Assembly: GCA_046754465.1 (NCBI GenBank)
Contig: JBHHVU010000001.1
Coordinates: forward strand, 32,001-96,000
Length of the DNA stretch: 64,000 bases
Direction: 5' to 3'
DNA from: Nitrospinaceae bacterium
GTDB taxonomy: Bacteria > Nitrospinota > Nitrospinia > Nitrospinales > VA-1
The notes under the pieces were generated by a model. It was not told where the DNA came from. It worked only from the letters and a program-made list of their open reading frames with translations, and searched no databases. Positions 60,579 through 64,000 of the stretch are shown piece by piece. Each line of letters begins with the position of its first letter. The first letter of the stretch is position 1. A program made the position numbers and the translations under genes.

Positions 60579-61573
60579 CTTTTTTTCGTTTCGAAGATCC
60601 CTGGCTGCTGATGCTTCTTCTCCTGCTCCCTTTCCTTGCGTTTCTGGGAAGGAAAAACCGCGACGCGGTCATTCAATATTCCTCCATCGGCGGCTTGAAG
60701 GCGGTGCAACCCGCGCAGGTGAACTGGAAAGCGGTGGTTCCCCGGGCGCTCCGGTTCCTGGCCCTCGCCTTGCTCGTGCTCGCCCTGGCCCGTCCCCAGG
60801 AAGGCCACAAAAGCACAGAAATCCTATCCGTGGGAGTGGACATCATGCTGGCCATCGACACTTCCGGAAGCATGGAGGCTTTGGACTTCATGAAAAATAA
60901 ACACCGGATCAACCGGCTGGAGGTGGTGAAGGATGTCGTGGCTGATTTCATCGAACACCGGAAAAACGACCGCATCGGAATGGTTGTTTTTGGAAAAGAG
61001 GCTTATACCCAGTGCCCGCTGACTTTGGATCATGACATTGTGCTCTCTTTTCTAAACCATTTGGAGATCGGAATCGCCGGGGATTCCACCGCCATCGGAT
61101 CGGCTATCGGGATTTCCGTCAAGCGTTTGAAGGACCTGGAAGCCAAGTCCAAGGTGATCATTCTTTTGACCGACGGACGCAACAACGCCGGAAGTCTCAC
61201 CCCCATTCAGTCCGCTAAGATCGCCAAAACCTTCCAAATAAAAATCTATACCATCGGGGTGGGGACCCGTGGGAAGGCCCCGTTTCTGGTCGATTCCATC
61301 TTCGGGAAACAATATGTATACCAGGATGTGGAAATCGACGAAAAGACGCTAAAAGAGATCGCCGCCATGACCGGAGCCCGGTATTTCCGCGCCACCGATT
61401 TGGAATCACTCAAGGATATTTATAAACAGATCGACCGCCTGGAAAAATCGAAAGCGAAAATCATCGATTATTCCGAATACCAGGAACGGTTCCATTATTT
61501 TCTGATACCGGGACTGGCCCTGATTCTCCTGGAAATCGTTGCGGCCAATACCCGATTGCGCAGGATCCCCTGA
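60575..61573 (+). CDS. batA: BatA-like VWA domain protein
   Basis: FEDPWLL, LALARPQ, MIDAS DTSGS, CPLTLD, LLTDG. Confidence 0.88.
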   Translation: MTFFRFEDPWLLMLLLLLPFLAFLGRKNRDAVIQYSSIGGLKAVQPAQVNWKAVVPRALRFLALALLVLALARPQEGHKSTEILSVGVDIMLAIDTSGSMEALDFMKNKHRINRLEVVKDVVADFIEHRKNDRIGMVVFGKEAYTQCPLTLDHDIVLSFLNHLEIGIAGDSTAIGSAIGISVKRLKDLEAKSKVIILLTDGRNNAGSLTPIQSAKIAKTFQIKIYTIGVGTRGKAPFLVDSIFGKQYVYQDVEIDEKTLKEIAAMTGARYFRATDLESLKDIYKQIDRLEKSKAKIIDYSEYQERFHYFLIPGLALILLEIVAANTRLRRIP

Positions 61574-61574
61574 A

Positions 61575-62588
61575 ATGCGTTTTGGAGAACCCATCTACTT
61601 CAACTTGTTTTGGCTTGTCGCCTTGCTGACCGTCTTCATGGTCTGGGCTCTGCGAAAAAGACGCCAGTTGACCGAACGGTTCTGCGGTCCCTCCCTGGTC
61701 TCTAAATTGGTGGGACCCGGGGTCTACTCCAGGAAAACCACTCGCGCGGTCTTGCTGGTGATTTCCGTTCTCTTTCTGGTATTTGCCACCACCCAGCCCC
61801 GCTGGGGATTTGAATGGCAGGAACTGCGGCAAGAGGGGGTGGACATTATCGTGGCCCTCGACGTTTCTTCCAGTATGCTGGCGGAAGACATCAAACCCAA
61901 TCGCCTGGATCGCGCCAAAAGGAAAATCTCGGATCTCATCCAGATGCTCGAGGGAGACCGGATCGGACTGGTGGCCTTCGCCGGCACGGCCTTTCTCCAG
62001 TGCCCGCTCACCCTGGACTACGCCGCCGCCAAACTTTTCCTCGCGGCCATGGATACAGGCATGATCTCGTCCCAGGGTACCGCCATCGGCGCGGCCATCC
62101 GCACTTCCCTCAAGGCGTTCCAGACCCAGGGAAAAAAGTCCAAGGCGATCCTCCTCATCACCGACGGCGAAGACCAGACCGGCAAGGCGTTGGGGGCGGC
62201 GAAGATGGCGGCCAGGGGCGGAGTCAGAATCTACGCCCTCGGAATCGGGGGGAAAATAGGCGCCCCCATCCCCAACATCGGAACGGAAGGGGGTTTCAAA
62301 AAAGACGCGAACGGTGAGGTGGTGCTCACCAAACTGGATGAATCCACTTTGGAAAAAATTGCCCTGACGACCGGGGGAGCCTATGTCCGTTCCATCACCG
62401 GGGACCTGGACTTGAAAACAATCTATCTGGATAACATCAAACCCAAAATCGAAAAAAAGGAATTGAAAACCGTGCGCCGCAAACTGTGGCATGAACGATT
62501 CCAATGGATGATTTTCCTGGGACTTATGTGCCTGGTCATTGAATCCCTGATCGATGAAAGGAAAACTCCCAAGGGTTCCTTCCGGTAA
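61575..62588 (+). CDS. batB: BatB-like VWA domain protein
   Basis: QPRWG, DVSSSM, DIKPNRL, FAG, PLTLD, ITDGED. Confidence 0.85.
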   Translation: MRFGEPIYFNLFWLVALLTVFMVWALRKRRQLTERFCGPSLVSKLVGPGVYSRKTTRAVLLVISVLFLVFATTQPRWGFEWQELRQEGVDIIVALDVSSSMLAEDIKPNRLDRAKRKISDLIQMLEGDRIGLVAFAGTAFLQCPLTLDYAAAKLFLAAMDTGMISSQGTAIGAAIRTSLKAFQTQGKKSKAILLITDGEDQTGKALGAAKMAARGGVRIYALGIGGKIGAPIPNIGTEGGFKKDANGEVVLTKLDESTLEKIALTTGGAYVRSITGDLDLKTIYLDNIKPKIEKKELKTVRRKLWHERFQWMIFLGLMCLVIESLIDERKTPKGSFR

Positions 62589-62761
62589 AAAAGCGTCCCT
62601 AATCCCTGGGGTTTTGATAAAATAACAAGAAAGGGGTTTTGGGTTTTTTTTTTGCCCCACGGCCCTTGACACGGGGCCGGGACGATTCTATTGATGAGTC
62701 AAACAGGATATTCAACCACCGGGGCGAATGAAAGCCCGGCAAGGAATTTTTTATTGAAAGG

Positions 62762-63475
62762 ATGCTGAACATGATGAGAACTGATCCCAGAACAATCAGT
62801 ATGGACGCCGTCGCCGCGGAACAACAGCGTTTCATGGTTCGGGTTTATAACTGGATGACCGGGGGACTCGCCGTTACGGGATTCCTCGCCTTTTTCGTGG
62901 CAAATAATGAGATGATGCTCAGCATCGTCTTTGGAAATCCCATCGTGCCCATTCTCCTCATCGTGGCGCAACTGGGGCTGGTGGTCTACCTTTCCGGCTG
63001 GGTGAGTAAGATGTCCGCCAGCAAGGCCACGGGCATCTTCATGTTGTATGCCGGACTCACGGGGATCACCTTTTCCTCGATCTTCCTGGCCTATACCGCG
63101 TCGTCCATCACGTCGGCTTTCCTGGTGACCGCCGGAACTTTCGGAGCCATGAGCGTTTACGGCTACACCACCAAAAGGGACCTGACCTCCATGGGCAGTT
63201 TTCTGTTCATGGGGTTGATCGGCATCATCATTGCCTCGGTGGTCAACATGTTTTTGCAAAGTGAAGCGATCTACTGGATCACCACCTACGCGGGGGTTTT
63301 GGTCTTCGTTGGACTCACCGCCTACGATACCCAGAAGATCAAGGAAATGAACGTGCTGGGAAATGAAGGAACCGAGGAAGATACCAAGGAGGCGGTGATC
63401 GGCGCCTTAAGGCTTTACCTGGATTTCATCAACCTGTTCCTCATGATCCTCAGGCTCATGGGCGACCGGAGATAA
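62762..63475 (+). CDS. Bax inhibitor-1/YccA family membrane protein
   Basis: VYNWM, YGYTTKRDL, GLTAYDTQKIK, GAL.LYLDFINLFL. Confidence 0.93.
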   Translation: MLNMMRTDPRTISMDAVAAEQQRFMVRVYNWMTGGLAVTGFLAFFVANNEMMLSIVFGNPIVPILLIVAQLGLVVYLSGWVSKMSASKATGIFMLYAGLTGITFSSIFLAYTASSITSAFLVTAGTFGAMSVYGYTTKRDLTSMGSFLFMGLIGIIIASVVNMFLQSEAIYWITTYAGVLVFVGLTAYDTQKIKEMNVLGNEGTEEDTKEAVIGALRLYLDFINLFLMILRLMGDRR

Positions 63476-63516
63476 TCGGTTGGCGCCTTGTGAGTCCCTT
63501 GTGCAGCATCGCCTGC

Positions 63517-63545
63517 CCCGGTCTCTTCCAGGGGAAGAGGCCGGG
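63517..63545 (+). terminator. Hairpin downstream of the BI-1 gene
   Basis: CCCGGTCTCTTCC-agg-GGAAGAGGCCGGG, 13-bp stem with one G-U; weak U tract. Confidence 0.45.
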
Positions 63546-63762
63546 AAAGATTCTTCCCGCCCGCGGGGACTCACTGGAAATCAAAATCTAATTTGAAGGG
63601 ACCCCTCTTTCAGTTCCCTGGCGGGTCCATCCATCCCCCCTCTAATTTCAAAACAACCCTCCCGGGGGAATTGACAAACCCCACCCGTATAAGTAAAATA
63701 ACTTCCATGTTTTCAATAAAGTTCAAGAAATTTTTCGCAACTTTTCCCTCCCTCAAGCCTTT

Positions 63763-64000
63763 ATGAAAAAAAACCTTTTTCCGCTTTCCCTTAAAGTTTC
63801 AGTCTTCCTTGCTTTTATGATCCTTGGCCCGGTTTCATCATCGGGCGCGGAAGATGAAAAGTTCTTCCGGGAAGCGTTGGCTTATACCGTAAAAATCCAG
63901 ACCCGGGTGGAACTGCCCTTTGACGGGGAAAGGAAAGGGTTTTCCACCGGCGCCGGGTTTCTGATCAACGCCGCGCGCGGCTGGATCATGACCAATGCCC
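63763..64000 (+). CDS. Exported trypsin-like (S1C) serine protease, 5' part only
   Basis: My translation: MKKNLFPLSLKVSVFLAFMILGPVSSSGA...STGAGFLINAARGWIMTNA at the window edge. Confidence 0.8.
   Translation, partial: MKKNLFPLSLKVSVFLAFMILGPVSSSGAEDEKFFREALAYTVKIQTRVELPFDGERKGFSTGAGFLINAARGWIMTNA

Overview
Mostly core chromosome of a bacterium of moderate GC content. The gene content (orphan Tat Rieske protein, GAF-GspE ATPases, RI-like LRR proteins, NHL propellers, Bat operon) is compatible with a Nitrospinota or Deltaproteobacteria-like organism, but that assignment is inference. Housekeeping blocks: eno-hemL-mtnP, asd-leuB, truA, a HelD-like helicase, a type IIA topoisomerase pair (A then B, topo IV-like), trmFO-topA-dprA, proA, a split trp operon and moxR-DUF58-batA-batB. 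An accessory stretch (~14.6-21.7 kb) lies between two convergent Mrp/ApbC modules. It holds an Mrr-like nuclease bracketed by 9-bp-periodic ACAGGAT repeats, and a MerR-led operon with Tn501-like operator half-sites but no merA/merT. It also holds a cI-like XRE repressor divergent from a phage-type Sm-like gene that is coupled to an unannotated Ser/Gly/Trp microprotein. Other notable signals: a ~110-nt candidate structured RNA upstream of a TolC-like gene, tandem NrdR-like boxes and a clamp-binding-like motif on the topo IV-like gene, a GAF-PilB ATPase paired with a probably degenerate paralog, and a 764-aa coiled coil with a 31-residue period. No rRNA, tRNA, CRISPR array, integrase or transposase was recognised.
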